From Octopus sinensis (Eukaryota): 64,000 nt of DNA. Positions within the stretch are counted from its first letter, which is position 1, and each line of letters starts with the position of its first letter. The notes under the pieces were generated by a model. The model ran no database searches. It saw nothing but the letters and a program-made list of their open reading frames with translations, and was not told the DNA's origin. The translations under genes were made by a program, and so were the position numbers. Shown here piece by piece: positions 49,597-62,844 of this stretch. The stretch covers positions 9,872-73,871 of the forward strand of contig NW_021837041.1 in assembly GCF_006345805.1 (NCBI RefSeq). The letters are read 5' to 3'.

Positions 49597-51185
49597 CTAT
49601 ATATATATATATATTATATGTATTCTTATTGTATATGCCAACTTAGTGCCTGTGTATGTATATATGCCTCTCTATATATGTATGTATGTATGTATGTATA
49701 TATGTATGTTGTATGTATGTATGTATGTATGTATCACTTTAAACGAAGCTGCGTTTTCCAAAATGGAGGCGAACACCTTTCTTAATGCGATCGGCTTGAA
49801 AAATTGTTAAGACACTAGGATATGTTCCTACTTTTCTTAACATGAAACCGATGGTATCCTTAATTCACAAATAAAAAATTATGTCTACCAATGCAGTTCT
49901 GAGAACTCCGTTGACATTTATGTTTATATATATATATATACAGTGAGAGAGAGGATGAGAAAGAGGAAGGGAGAGAGAAAGACAGATAAGAAGAGAAAAC
50001 TTCGCAATTATGAGGTAAGAGAAAAAGATCAAAAGAAAAGAAAAACTAAGACAATAGACTCTTAGTAATTGTTTCGATGTCATAGTGATTTCGTAACCCA
50101 ACGACTGGAACACTGTCTCCAGTGGTGCTCGTAACTTCCAAATATACTCTTCAATGTCAATGTGTGAGTTTTTGTTCAGTCGACGAACAGCACTATTTTC
50201 GTGTATTATACATATATATACGTATTTACACTCACGCGCAAGCGCATAAACACACTCACACACAAACACATTCACACCCAGATATAGTGAAAGAAAATGG
50301 CTATAAAAGACAACGAAAACTCGTAAGGTACGAGGAAACTGATATAAACTCTTCTTCCGCTGTTACAGCGGAGACTTCGGCGTTGTTGCTACCTTCGACG
50401 TACTGGTATCTCTTCGTGTTCTGCTACCTTCACAATGAAAAAATGCTTATCCGTGAAAATAAATGCAACACAAAGATAATATGCATACTCTCATGAGAAA
50501 TTGCATAAAAAATGATACGGAAAATATGGGCATATACTTTTGATTAGAAATAAAGTTCCGAGTAGATTGAGCGTAGCGAAAATTGTGACAGAAGAACGAA
50601 AACTATACGAAAAGTGTACGAAACATAAATATTTTTCTGCTTAACAAGAGTAATAGAGAAACAAAAAAGAAAACGGAAGACGATATTGAAGTATTTCTCT
50701 TTGAATTTATTTGTTACTCTGAAACCAGTGTTCCCATCCTGATATGATGAAACTGCTATTACATCCAGAACAATAGCTGATGAAGAAAGCATTCACTTTA
50801 TTTGCAGTTTGTGTTGATCTTATTCTCCGTACTTCATGAACCTTCGTCGACATCTTCTCCCTAACTTTCTATTTCTAGACACGTACATTCGTACTTCTCA
50901 CCTCTTCTCTCTCTTCGTATCTCTTTCAATATATGCCATAACATAATATTGAAAAAGATTTATTCGAATGACCATTGCACACATGGTTTCAATAATGGAC
51001 TCCCAGCTTGCTGGACTTGCGCTAAAATTTGAAACCATTGTCGCTCCGGTACACCATACCTGGCTATTTCAATCCGTAGTTAACAATTTGATATTCAGTA
51101 CCTCCCTATGTATGTATGTATGTATGTATGTATGTATGTATGTATGTATGTATGTATGTATGTATGTATGTATGTATGTATGTAT

Positions 51186-51751
51186 GAAGGCTTCCTTAAG
51201 AGATGCTGGCATCTCTCCTGACACATGGGAAGGCATAGCTATTGATCGTAGCAGGTGGAGAAGGATTGTGCACGAGGGGACAGCTACTTTTGAGAAATCT
51301 CGAGGTGCACATGAGAAAGTAAGGAGGGATGTCAGGAAGGGCATCGCTGTTACACTTCCAGATGGGAAGGGTCTTCCTATGATGCTGACATGCAGTGTCT
51401 GTGCAAGACACTGCCTCAGTAAAGCTGGACTCAAGAGTCATCTTCGTAGTCATAAAGCGAGACAGATGAGTGACAACCTGACCACTGGTAGTGGTGTAAC
51501 ACACCATACTAATCATATCTGTCGGGCATGTGGAAGAGAGTGTAATTAGGCAGGAGAACTTAAACGACATGCAAAGGTACATGAAGCCCAGTTACAACTA
51601 CAGCTGGCTATTACTAGTAAAGGTTTTAGTTGTCAATTTTGTACAAGACATTGTAGATCTTTAGCTGGGCTAAAACGTCACATTCGATCACAGCACCAAT
51701 AACGGTTAAGCTTCGTGCAATGGCCATACTCGATAACGAGGGGGCAGCCAT
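51186..51751 (+). mobile_element. RTE-like LINE 3' end with three C2H2 zinc fingers, inside (TATG)n
   Basis: TWEGIAIDRSRWRRIVHEG..FE, then CSVCARHCLSKAGLKSHLRSH, CRACGRECN*AGELKRHAKVH and CQFCTRHCRSLAGLKRHIRSQH* (stop 51700-51702). (TATG)n lies on both sides. Confidence 0.82.
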
Positions 51752-52532
51752 CATGTATGTATGTATATATCTCTTTAAACGAGGCTGTTTTTCCAAGATA
51801 AATTAATAGTAAGTTTCTAATTTATAGTTCAGTGTCTAGTTGTCACTTTGAAAACTACATATTTCGAATGGGAATTTGGCAGCGCCACCTCTAGCCGAGC
51901 AATTATTCTCTGCTGATGAAGGGAAATAACCCGGAAATTGAGATACACAGATATTGTTTTGAGCTGAGGGAGGATGCTAGATTCCCTTGTTCGAAAATAT
52001 AAGGAGACAGATTGTGTCATATAGCCAGCAGGAGACGATTGTCTCCTGGGGCTAAATTACAGCAACATTCGTCCTAATCCAGGAATGCTGTGTTATGTTG
52101 GCAAATATTCTTTACTCCAAAGTACTGTTGCTGAATATCTCTCATTCTGAGATATAAAAATAGTAATAATTGTGTTTGTTCTTATTGAATTTGGACAACG
52201 ACTCCGTATAAAATATATATACACCCACAAACATATATACGTAAAAACATAGAGAGAAAAAATTACTCACTGCCTCTCACCCACTCTCTCTCTCTCTATC
52301 CCTCTTTCTCCCCCCACCACATCTACATGTGTTTGTGTGTGTGTGTGTGTGTGTGCATGTGTGTGTGTGTGCATGTGTGTGTGTGTACGTGCGGCGATGT
52401 GCAAAATATACGTGCTGCGTTACATCGCTGGGTGGAAGTAGGTTCTTAGATAAAACGAAATTAAGATGGGACTTCGAATTCATTTGCTCAGTCGCTGCTG
52501 TACTTGGCATTGCCGCTGCTACTGCTGCTGCA

Positions 52533-52588
<56 letters not shown>

Positions 52589-52592
52589 CTGA

Positions 52593-52645
<53 letters not shown>

Positions 52646-52724
52646 CTCTGTCTATCTATCTATCGATCGATCGATCTATCTATAGTATATGTATGTATGT
52701 ATATATATATATATGTGTGTGTGA

Positions 52725-52762
<38 letters not shown>

Positions 52763-53638
52763 GTATTTATATATACACACACATATATGATATATATGTA
52801 AAACATGTTTATATATGTGTGTGTATGTGTGTTTGTATGTATGTATGTATGTATTATGTATGTATGTATGTATTTATGTATGTATGTATTGGATGGTATA
52901 TATGTATGTGTGTATGTATGTATGTATGTATGTATTATGTATGTATGTATCTATGTATTTATGTATGTATGTATGTATGGATGGATGTATATATGTATGT
53001 GTGTATGTATGTATGTATGTATTATGTATGTATGTATCTATGTATTTATGTATGTATGTATGGATGGATGTATATATGTATGTGTGTATGTATGTATACG
53101 TATGAAGGAACACACTCCTATGCGCCTATATTCCTGTATGTAGGTTAAGAGAGAGAGAGAGAGATGGATGCGACAGATACCTTACATTAGCTAACTTTCC
53201 TTTGTAAACGGAAATACCTGTTATCATTTGATTTGATACTGAAAGGAATTGGTGTAGGCCAGAGGGAAGGCATTGGTAAAGTTTATTGGTCTAGATCGGG
53301 GGGGTCCCGGGTGTAGAGCGGGGTGGGCTACGACGACGGCGGTGGTGGTGGTGGTGGTGGTGGGGGTATAAATAGGCCTAACAGGGATAAGAGGGAACGT
53401 TAACAAACATATCGCAGATAGGAGAGATATTAAGAACAGATATTGTCAAGAAGACAGCGTAAATAACCGCTAGACAACAGCGACAACAGCATTATTAACA
53501 ACAACAACAACAACAACAAGCGTAACACTGTTCCTGTTATTAATATCATCATCATCATCATCATGATTATTATCATTACTATTATTATTATTATTATTAT
53601 TATTACTATTAATATTATTATTATTATTATTACTATTA

Positions 53639-53689
<51 letters not shown>

Positions 53690-53919
53690 TTATTATTATT
53701 TTTACTATTTTTATTGCTTTTGTTGTTGTTGTTGTTGTTGTAAAATCGTCATCGGTTATATCAGCTGTACCATTATTAGTAACAAGAACAACAACAGCAG
53801 CAGCATCAACAAGGTGAAGTAGAAAAGGTTTCTTCTGACGGTTACGAATCTAACAACGTTTGTTGTCCTCAACCACTTTTAACCTGCTTACAAAATAACT
53901 CTAAACATCCATATGCTCT

Positions 53920-54235
53920 CTTTCTTTCTTTCATTCGTTCTTTCTTTCGTTCTTTCATTCGTTCTTTCTTTCTTTCATTCTTTCTTTCTTTCTTTCATTC
54001 TTTCCATCTTTGGTCCTTTCTTTCTTTCGTTCATTCTTTCATTTTTTCTTTCGTTCTTTCTTTCTTTCATTCTTTCTTTCGTTCTTTCTTTCGTTCGTTC
54101 TTTCTTTCGTTCGTTCTTTCTTTCTTTCATTCGTTCTTTCTTTCTTTCATTCGTTCTTTCTTTCTTCCATTCGTTCTTTCTTTCTTTCATTCTTTCTTTC
54201 TTTCTTTCGTTCATTCTTTCATTTTTTCTTCCGTT
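53920..54235. repeat. Degenerate (TTTC/TTCG/TTCA)n tetranucleotide tract
   Basis: Direct reading. Confidence 0.9.
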
Positions 54236-55087
54236 CTCTATTGAACTTTGCTTTCGTTCACTTTTCTTATTCACTCGTCTATACCACAGCGGTTTGCACG
54301 TTGCTGACACCGCCATATTGCATAATATCACATCAAAGTGTCGAAATTGTAATGACATTTGGCCGAAAATATGTGTGCGTTGTGTGTGCGTGAAACGTCC
54401 ACACAAAACTAGACACGTTTTTTTTTGTTTTACAGTTGCACATAGAGCGCATATTTAACCTCATATAAATTAATAAAGTTATTTGAGTAAAAACTTCAGC
54501 ATTGGAAATTGTTACTTCAGTATTTCTTAAGATAACCAAATGTGCCAATGACTAGCGATATAAATGCGAACATATATTACAATTTGAGAAACCGTAGATT
54601 TCATAGGTGCTTCTCTTTCTCACTAATTTTGAAAAAAAAAATGTTTGTATACGCAGAGAAGTCGACCTCTGTGACTTGCATACGGGTTTTCCTTTTTTTT
54701 TTCTTTTTCTGTCTGAAACCACCGCATTAGGTCAGTTTTGCTTGCACTGGCAACACTGATCTTAATCCTCTCCATGTCTCTCAATATCATTCTTCCTGTG
54801 GAATATTCCAGTTAATGTTACAAACTTGCGAGCTTCATTGATATTAAATACCAATGAAGCTTTCATAGCAAAGAATCCGATTTCTTCAACAGATTTTTTC
54901 AAGAACTACAAATGTTGGCATCGGTACTCACCCATCAAATGCATTCTTCTATTTTCTGCTCGCTTCAGTTCTTTGACAGCGGCTACGCTAGGACTCCGTC
55001 TCGAAGAGGTTTTAGACGAACGAATCCACCACAGTTCTTCTTTGTATCAAACCAGGAAACGACCCACATATATACCTCTACCATTAA

Positions 55088-55150
<63 letters not shown>

Positions 55151-55151
<1 letters not shown>

Positions 55152-55790
55152 TCATATTATCTCTAGCTGCCCAGTCCTGGCTAAGAAGGAATATATTCAC
55201 AGATACGACAGAGTTGGGACCTACATACACTGGAAGCTATGCCAACATTATGGAATAACAACAGAAAAAAGATGGTATAGGCACACACCAGAAAAGGTTA
55301 CAGAAAACGAGAAAGCAACCATACTCTGGGATATGCCGATACACACAGATAGAGAAATTAAGGCCAACAGACCAGATATAGTTGTCAGAGATCATGAAGA
55401 AAAAAAATGCTTTCTAATTGATGTATTAATACCGGCAGATGACAACGTGTCTCTAAAAGAAATGGAGAAACTCTCAAAATACAAAGACCTGGAATAGAGG
55501 TAACTAGAATGTGGAATCTGAAAACAGAAACAATTCCTATCATAGTAGGTGCATTAGGCATGATAAAAAAATATTCAGACAAATACATAACAAAAACACC
55601 AGGACTTACAAACACATATATCATACAGAAAATTGCACTACTAGGCACTGCACACATCCTACGCAGAGCACTTTCCATACAATAACCATCAGAGCATCAC
55701 AACAAATCACAGCACATACCCAAGGCACACAGAGCTGCGCTCGGTAGTGAAGTGAAAGCACGCTATAAAAATAATAATAATAATAATAAT
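55151..55790 (+). mobile_element. Dong/R4-like LINE 3' fragment (subfamily B) within (AAT)n
   Basis: HIISSCPVLAKKEY..YIHWKLC..ILWDMPIHTDREIKANRPDIVV..LIDV..KLSKYKDL..PIIVGALG..LLGTAHILRRALSIQ*. (AAT)n lies at 55090-55148 and 55770-55790. Confidence 0.92.
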
Positions 55791-56349
55791 ATAGGTATGT
55801 GAGAGATGTTTTTTCGGCCCGCTCGCTCGTATGATGTTAAATCTGTTCTTTTCTGTGTAAATGTTTTTGGTGGTCCAGACGAGGGTTTTAACTCTCATCT
55901 CTAGCAGGTAGATACTTTAATGTGTCCCTGTGGTTAATATAATTTTAACTCTGTAGCTATATAATGCTTATTTTGGACTGCAACCACCTATATTAATATT
56001 GTTGTTATTAAAACCTATTTTTATTGCCTTCGATAATAATAACAATATTAATATCTATATGAATATTCGCTTCTGAATATTTCTACTCCTGATTAGTATT
56101 TTTCACACTGAGGCTGTCTACATTTTTGCGCTAAACAATTAAGGGCGCCAGCAGATTTCAACGTGGTGGATTTAGGAGATGTTTTAAAGGGTTAAGACGT
56201 GCTGAATACGGTAAGATTTTTGTATCAAACTAGTAACCGGTCCACATATATACCTGTACCATTAAATATATAGCTTTTCGACTAAAGGAACTTTCAAGGC
56301 GGTGCTCCAGCATGGCCGCAGTCAAATGACTGAAACAAGTAAAAAAATA

Positions 56350-56697
56350 GAAACACCGTTTCTTGCGACAACAAGGGTTCCAGCAGGTACGATCAACGGG
56401 ACAGCCTGCTCATAAAATTAACGTGCAAGTGGCTGAGCACTCCGCAGACACGTGTACCCTTAACGTAGTTCTCGGAGAGATTCAGAGTGTGACAAGGCTG
56501 CCGTTTGAAATACAGGTAAGAGTAAGAGAAAGTTGTGGCGAAGGAGTACTGCAGGGCTCGCCATCACCCCTACCGGAGCTTCGTGGAGCTTAAGGTGTTT
56601 TTACTCAATAAACACTCACAACGCCCGATCTGAGAATCGAAACCGCGATCCTATGACCGTGAGTCCGCTGCTCTAACCACTGGGCCATTGCGCCCTC
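56350..56697 (-). mobile_element. tRNA-derived SINE (family 3), full length
   Basis: Head shared with 10740-11036; 3' part shared with 60615-60815. Confidence 0.85.
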
Positions 56698-57916
56698 ACT
56701 ATATAAACATATTTATATAGATAATATATGCGTGTGTGTATGTCAAAGTGTGTGTGCGTGTGTGTGTATGTGTGTAAAGTTGCTCAATATACTGAGAAAG
56801 TGCCGTCGATTTATATGAAGTGTGTGTCGTTCATAAAGTACGGACTTCCTCAAGTGTTGGTCCTTCGTCCCCTTCATCGCCTTCTTATCTCCCCATCCTG
56901 ATTCATTTCACACAGACACACATATATAACCCTGACTTTGTTATTTGTAAGTTATATCCTGAAGATTGTTCAAAGATTTCTTCGCAATTCTTCTTGCCTT
57001 TGACACTTTAGGGAATCAACATATATATACATTTTTTTTGCTATTATTATTCTAAGCTTGTTTCCACTCGAAAAAACTTTAACTTAGATACAAAAAAATG
57101 TAAAAAAAATAACACGGAAATAAAAATTTGAAAATAAAATAAAATGAAATGAAATTTTTTAAAAATACAATAAAATATGAATTTTCAAGATTTTCATCGT
57201 TTCCATCAGGTTTTTCCATCCCCTAAGGGCTGCCTTCCTACATAACAAGTTTCCTGTCCAATAAAATTAAAAATGTGTCATCGGAAATTCCTTAATAGTT
57301 TTTATAAATTTTTTTTTTGTTTTCGTCTTTCATCTTTGAGTTTCTTTTGTTTTATTACCATTCTTTGATAATCTCAGAGAGAAAAATAAATCTCACCGTT
57401 TGCTGATGAGGTGTTCATCATTTTCGATACAAAATATAGAAAAAATAAAAACTAAACTCACAAAAAAAAAAACCTACGGGCGCCTGACGTTATGCAAATT
57501 AGATACTGAGAGCAACCGATGGGAAAATTATTTTGCTGGCGGCCATTAGCTATATGAAGTTAATATCCCTGCAACCAAACTATGAAAGCATGCAAGACGC
57601 AGTGTTTACAGGTAATAAGAATATTGTAGCAGTTTAACTACATCCAATCACCTCTACCTCTCTCACGTGTGTGTGTGTGTGGAGTGTGTTTGATGAAGGA
57701 AGAGGTGAAATAACAAACATTAAGTAAATAAACACACAAAATAAATAAATATGTAAATATGTAAATACGAAATCATTAATCAATACAGTTATGAATTTTG
57801 TGTTTTGTGTAGGTGGATGATGTTTTAATAACAAGATCGATGATAAGAAAAAAGTACACACACCTTCAACACACGTCACACACACACGCACACACACACA
57901 CTCACATGCACACACA

Positions 57917-57962
<46 letters not shown>

Positions 57963-58682
57963 TGTTGTTTTCATAATAACACAAACGATAAGGCCAATCA
58001 TATTTCTGTGTTGATATTCTGTATTTGCATTTTTGTAGGTTTAAGTCGCAGGCTTGGCTATGTGGTTACAGGACTTGTTGTCAAACCACGTGGTTTCGGG
58101 TTCACTCCCATTCCACGGCACCTTGGCCGAGTGCCTTCTACTAGAGTTCCGGGACGACCAATAATTTGTCAGAAAATTTGGTAGACGGAAACTGTATGGT
58201 ATCCTGTCACATATGTATATGAATATATATCGTTGCTATTACATTAAACTGTCGTATGTCCAAATTTGGCCAAATGCGTTCTTTTCAATATTTATTTTTG
58301 CTTGCAGTAGCCAGTTCTTCTGGTCAAACTATCGTATCTCCATCTGCTCCAGATGCCATGATGTCAAAAATTGTCAAAGTCTCTATGGAATGGTGAAACT
58401 ATTTTTCCGTCTTGTGAAAAAAAAGTAGCCTTTGGACTTACGACACTTTTGCATAATAGCTACGATATATATGATATATATATATATATCTATGTGTGTA
58501 TGTGTGTGTGTGTGTGTGTGCATAAGTGTTATGTCTGCTGTTTGTGTGTTCCCCCACACCACTACATGGTCTGTGTCCGTACGCGCGAATTAGCGGTTCG
58601 GCAAAAGAGAACGATAGAGTAAGTACCTGACATTAACAAAAAAATACTGGGGTCGATTTGTTGGACTAAACCCTTCATGGAT

Positions 58683-58749
58683 ATATGGCGTAGTGGTTAA
58701 GAGCGCGGGCTATTAACCCCAGGATTCCGAGTTCGATTCCAGGTAGTGA

Positions 58750-58800
<51 letters not shown>

Positions 58801-59193
58801 CAACACCAACAATAACAACATTGAAAAATATTTAAGAATTAGAACCCAATGTTCAAAAATTTCCCCAAGACACCTGAAGAAGGCTGGAGGTTATATCAGC
58901 CGAAACGTTGTGTTAACAACAAACAAGATGAGGACAAATATCCATCAAATGTAAATAACCTTTTCTACACTAGGTACAGCACCCGAAATTTTGGGGGCAG
59001 AGGTCATTCGATTAGATCGACCAGGTACTTAGTTTATCGACTCCGAAAGGATGAAAGGCAAAGTCGACCTCGGCGGAATTTGAACTCAGAACGTAAAGAC
59101 AGAAGAAACACCGCTAAGCATTTCGCCAGGCATGCTAACGTTTCTGCCAGCTCGCCGCCTTCTGTGAAATATAAATAATGTAAATAATGTAAA
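58683..59193 (+). mobile_element. tRNA head + (AAT)n + hammerhead/pLTR tail SINE; tail interrupted by a family 2 SINE
   Basis: Head 58683-58753 with intact A and B boxes, (AAT/AAC)n, and tail to 58958. The gtaaataat tail resumes at about 59172-59193 after the 58960-59160 insertion. Confidence 0.85.
58870..58913 (+). ncRNA. Minimal type I hammerhead ribozyme
   Basis: ACAC-CTGAAGA-A-GGCTGgaggttatatCAGCC-GAAA-CGT-T-GTGT; predicted cleavage after U58909. Confidence 0.75.
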
Positions 59194-59308
59194 ACCTTCA
59201 AGACAGTGCACCAGCATGGCCGCAGTCCTATAATCGACGCAAGTAAAACGAGAAAGATAAAATATCACTTTTTCTGTGGCGATGATGCTCAAAATAGAGG
59301 AATTACAT

Positions 59309-59517
59309 GTAGGAGTGGCGGTGTGGTAAGTAGCTTGTTTACCAACCACACGGTTCCAGGTTCAGTTCCAGTGCGCGGCACCTTGGGCAAGTCTCTTCTA
59401 CTATAGCCTCGGGCCGACCAAAGCCTTGTGAGTGTATTTGGTAGACGGAAACTGAAAGAAGCCGTCGTATATATGTATGTATTGTATGTATGTATGTATG
59501 TCTGTATGTATGTTGAT

Positions 59518-59582
<65 letters not shown>

Positions 59583-59804
59583 GTGTGTCTATCTGTTTGT
59601 GTCTGTGTTTGTGCCCCCAACATCGCTTGACAACCGATGCTGGTGTGTTACGTCCCCGTAACTTAGGAGTTCGGTAAAAGAGACCGATAGAATAAGTACT
59701 AAGCCTACAAAGAATAAGTCTTGCGGTCGATTTGCTCGACTAAAGGCGGTGCTCCAGCATGGCCGCAGTCAAATGACTCAAACAATTATATGAGTAAAAG
59801 AGTA
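59309..59804 (+). mobile_element. SINE family 1, full length
   Basis: Same as 30841-31265. Confidence 0.9.
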
Positions 59805-60139
59805 ATAAACAGTTTCATTCATACTTTCAACAAATACAAATATTTATCTAACCATATTTAATCCTACATTAGAAATAATATTCTAAATAGTCCATGATTT
59901 TATTATCGGTTTCATCCAGAGACTGTAGCTATGCAGGAGATTGCCATCAATACTAATGCTTACTTATTTTAGACTCATTTCCCGGTCCTGTCTGCGGAAT
60001 CGGTCCTAGTGAAGGGCTGAGCGGGCCAGAGCTACCCTTCTTTACATTTCTTTCCGTGATGTAGCTTCATCAGATAAAAATGTGTATTGTTGTTTATTTG
60101 AACCGTATGCACATCTACACAGGATGCGTCCTACAGAAA

Positions 60140-61320
60140 AAAGGGACCGGGCGACTGAGAACATTTGTGGAAGACGTCGAGCAAACACGAGCAGCATTTC
60201 ATCGAGGTCAGGCAGCATTTCATTCGGCCTCCAAGTAGACCTAAGTTTACCACGGTAAACAGTTCACCGAGTTTCGCACAAGAACTTGAGGCTTTCTGCT
60301 TATAAAGCGTAACATTTGCAAATGCTTCAGTCAGATGACATAGTCCAAAGGAAACAATTTGCAGTGGTCAGGTTGGTTCGATCACATGGCGATGAAGGCT
60401 GTTTTCGAAAGATTTGTTTCAGTGATGAAGTAGCGTTTTATGTATCAGGAATCACAAATAAGCACAACACTAAGAACTGTTGTTCAGAAAACACACGAAA
60501 CAAAGAAAACTGGAGAGAAATAGCCCAAAAGTCAATGTTGGGTGCGACCTCATGTTTGATCAAGTGATTGGCCCATTTAAGAAACGATTACTTAGAGTCC
60601 ACTCAGCTGGCAAAAATGAGTTGTACCTGTATTTCAAAGGACCGGTCATGTCACTCTCTGTGTCACGCTGCATCTCCCTGAGAACTACATTAGGGGTACG
60701 CGTGTCTGTGGATTGCTCAGTCACTTGTACGTTCATGTCATGAGCAGGCTGTTCCGTTGATCGTATCAGCTGGTACCCTCGTCGTCGTAACCGACGGAGT
60801 GCTCCTACTTCCAACACTTTCCTGGATCTTGTACAAGAATTTCTTGCGCCACAGTTCTACCACTTGCAACCAGCAATTATTTTCCTACCAAATGGTGCGC
60901 CGCTCCATTGGGGGTGGAATGTTCGAGGGTTCATGAATGAATCTTTCACAAACCGATGAATTGGAAACCTTCCCTGGTCACCTCAATCACTCGATAATAA
61001 TCCTTCTAGACTTCTTTTTGTCGGTTACATTAAAGACAAAATCGATCGAACAAAAGTTCAAAGCCTCCGCCATCGCAAGGAATAGTTTTCCAAACCATAT
61101 ACAACGTTGAAGAGGGGCTGTTCCAACGTACAGGGCCAGAAATCGAGCATCATCTAGAAGTGTTGTGTGCAACCAATTCGGCCCACGGGGAACGGTTCTG
61201 ATGTTTCTAATAAAACTTTATTTCTTTGCGTGTTTTCCAATAAAATCTGGAAATATCCTGCGTCTTAGTCTTTTCAATTTCTTCAAATTGTAAAGGTAAG
61301 TTATGGAAACACTGCATATA
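60140..61320 (+). mobile_element. Tc1/mariner-superfamily (maT-like) transposase remnant interrupted by a SINE tail (60615-60815)
   Basis: GRLRTFVEDVEQTRAAF, TVHRV.HKNLRLSAYK, CFSDEVAFYVSG..NKHN, QNGAPLH...VRGFMN, WSPQS.D. The end ggaaacactgca-TA is TIR-like. Confidence 0.8.
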
Positions 61321-61367
61321 TAATATATACACAAACACACCACACACACACACACACACACACACAT

Positions 61368-61399
<32 letters not shown>

Positions 61400-61412
61400 A
61401 ATATAATATATT

Positions 61413-61448
<36 letters not shown>

Positions 61449-61467
61449 ATATATATACTGTACATGT

Positions 61468-61636
61468 ATATAGAAAATAGTAAAAAGTGAAAACACTACA
61501 GAAGCTTGTTTTAAAGGTTAAAAAAATATATATTTGAGTCAATATGTCTGAAGAATAATTGACTCAAATATATATTTTTTAACCTTTTAAAACAAGCCTT
61601 CTGTAGTTTTTTCACTTTTTACTATTTTCTATATAT
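61468..61636. repeat. Near-perfect AT-rich palindrome (about 76-bp arms, 14-nt loop)
   Basis: atatagaaaatagtaaaaagtg...tttgagtcaat pairs with attgactcaaa...cactttttactattttctatat. Confidence 0.9.
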
Positions 61637-61820
61637 TCAACCACGTGCTTTCACAAACCAACTTTCTCATCTATACATGTATATATATACATATATATAT
61701 ATATACATACATACATATATATTTACAAATATCTGGTCGGCTTCTCCGACATAGCCTCTTTGTTTTTCCTTCTAATTTTCTTTTCGTAATACCTTTTCTT
61801 TTCATGTCTTCCTTTAATTT

Positions 61821-61926
61821 TTTGCACTGACGAGAATGGTAATACATAACTATTTTAATTATTATTATGATAATTACTGTTTTCTCTTACATGTTTGTAT
61901 TGCCGTTTGAAACGGTCGTAAGTGGA
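61821..61926 (+). ncRNA. Candidate (probably decayed) hammerhead
   Basis: CTGACGA-GAATGGTAATACA...TGTATTGCCGTTT-GAAA-CGGTCGT-A. Stem II is 13 bp and stem III is self-pairing, but stem I starts with an A-A mismatch. Confidence 0.45.
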
Positions 61927-62035
61927 AATTAAATTCTAATTCGAACTTTTAACATCTTCTCTTCTCCATTTTTCTAATTGTTTGTAGTGTGTTTTATAAG
62001 ATTTTATCTTAGACATGACGACAACAAACTTTTTA

Positions 62036-62096
<61 letters not shown>

Positions 62097-62162
62097 TATG
62101 TGTCTGTGTTTATGCATGTATGTATTTATGTAAGCATCTCTCTCTCTATATATATATGTGTG

Positions 62163-62208
<46 letters not shown>

Positions 62209-62502
62209 TATACATATATACATATGTGTGTGTGTGTATGCGTATGTGTGTGCAAGTGTGTACATTGCTTTATACATAAACATTACGTAGCAGGTTATTA
62301 GAACTTAATATTTTTATAATGTACCAATTGGTGACAACAACTCTTTTCTCATTTCAAGAATCTTGCGATTCTTTCACAGTACAAGATTACAATTTTCTGA
62401 AGGGCCATCCTGACAATATCTACTACCCTCCTTTTTCATCGACCACAACTGCTTAACCTCCCAAGCTATATATCTATATTACTATTATTATTATTATTAT
62501 TA

Positions 62503-62560
<58 letters not shown>

Positions 62561-62586
62561 CATTATTATCATTATTATTGTTGTTG

Positions 62587-62624
<38 letters not shown>

Positions 62625-62733
62625 GTTGTTGTTGTTATTATTATTATTATTATTATCATTATTATTATTATTATAATTGTTGTTGTTGTTATTATTATTA
62701 TTATCATTATTATTATTGTTATTATTGTTGTTG

Positions 62734-62791
<58 letters not shown>

Positions 62792-62844
62792 CATTATTAT
62801 TATTATTATTGTTGTTGTTGTTATTATTATTGTTATTATCATTG

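Noticed and set aside
50544-50860. Minus-strand short ORFs (MSTKVHEV...GWEHWFQ; 82-aa track ORF) as host exons
   Set aside because: No recognisable homology and no convincing splice sites.
51908-51945. CTGATGA-AGGG..CCCG-GAAA as a hammerhead
   Set aside because: No stem III or NUH triplet follows GAAA; at best a decayed remnant.
57403-57430. CTGATGA motif
   Set aside because: No correctly placed GAAA or stems.
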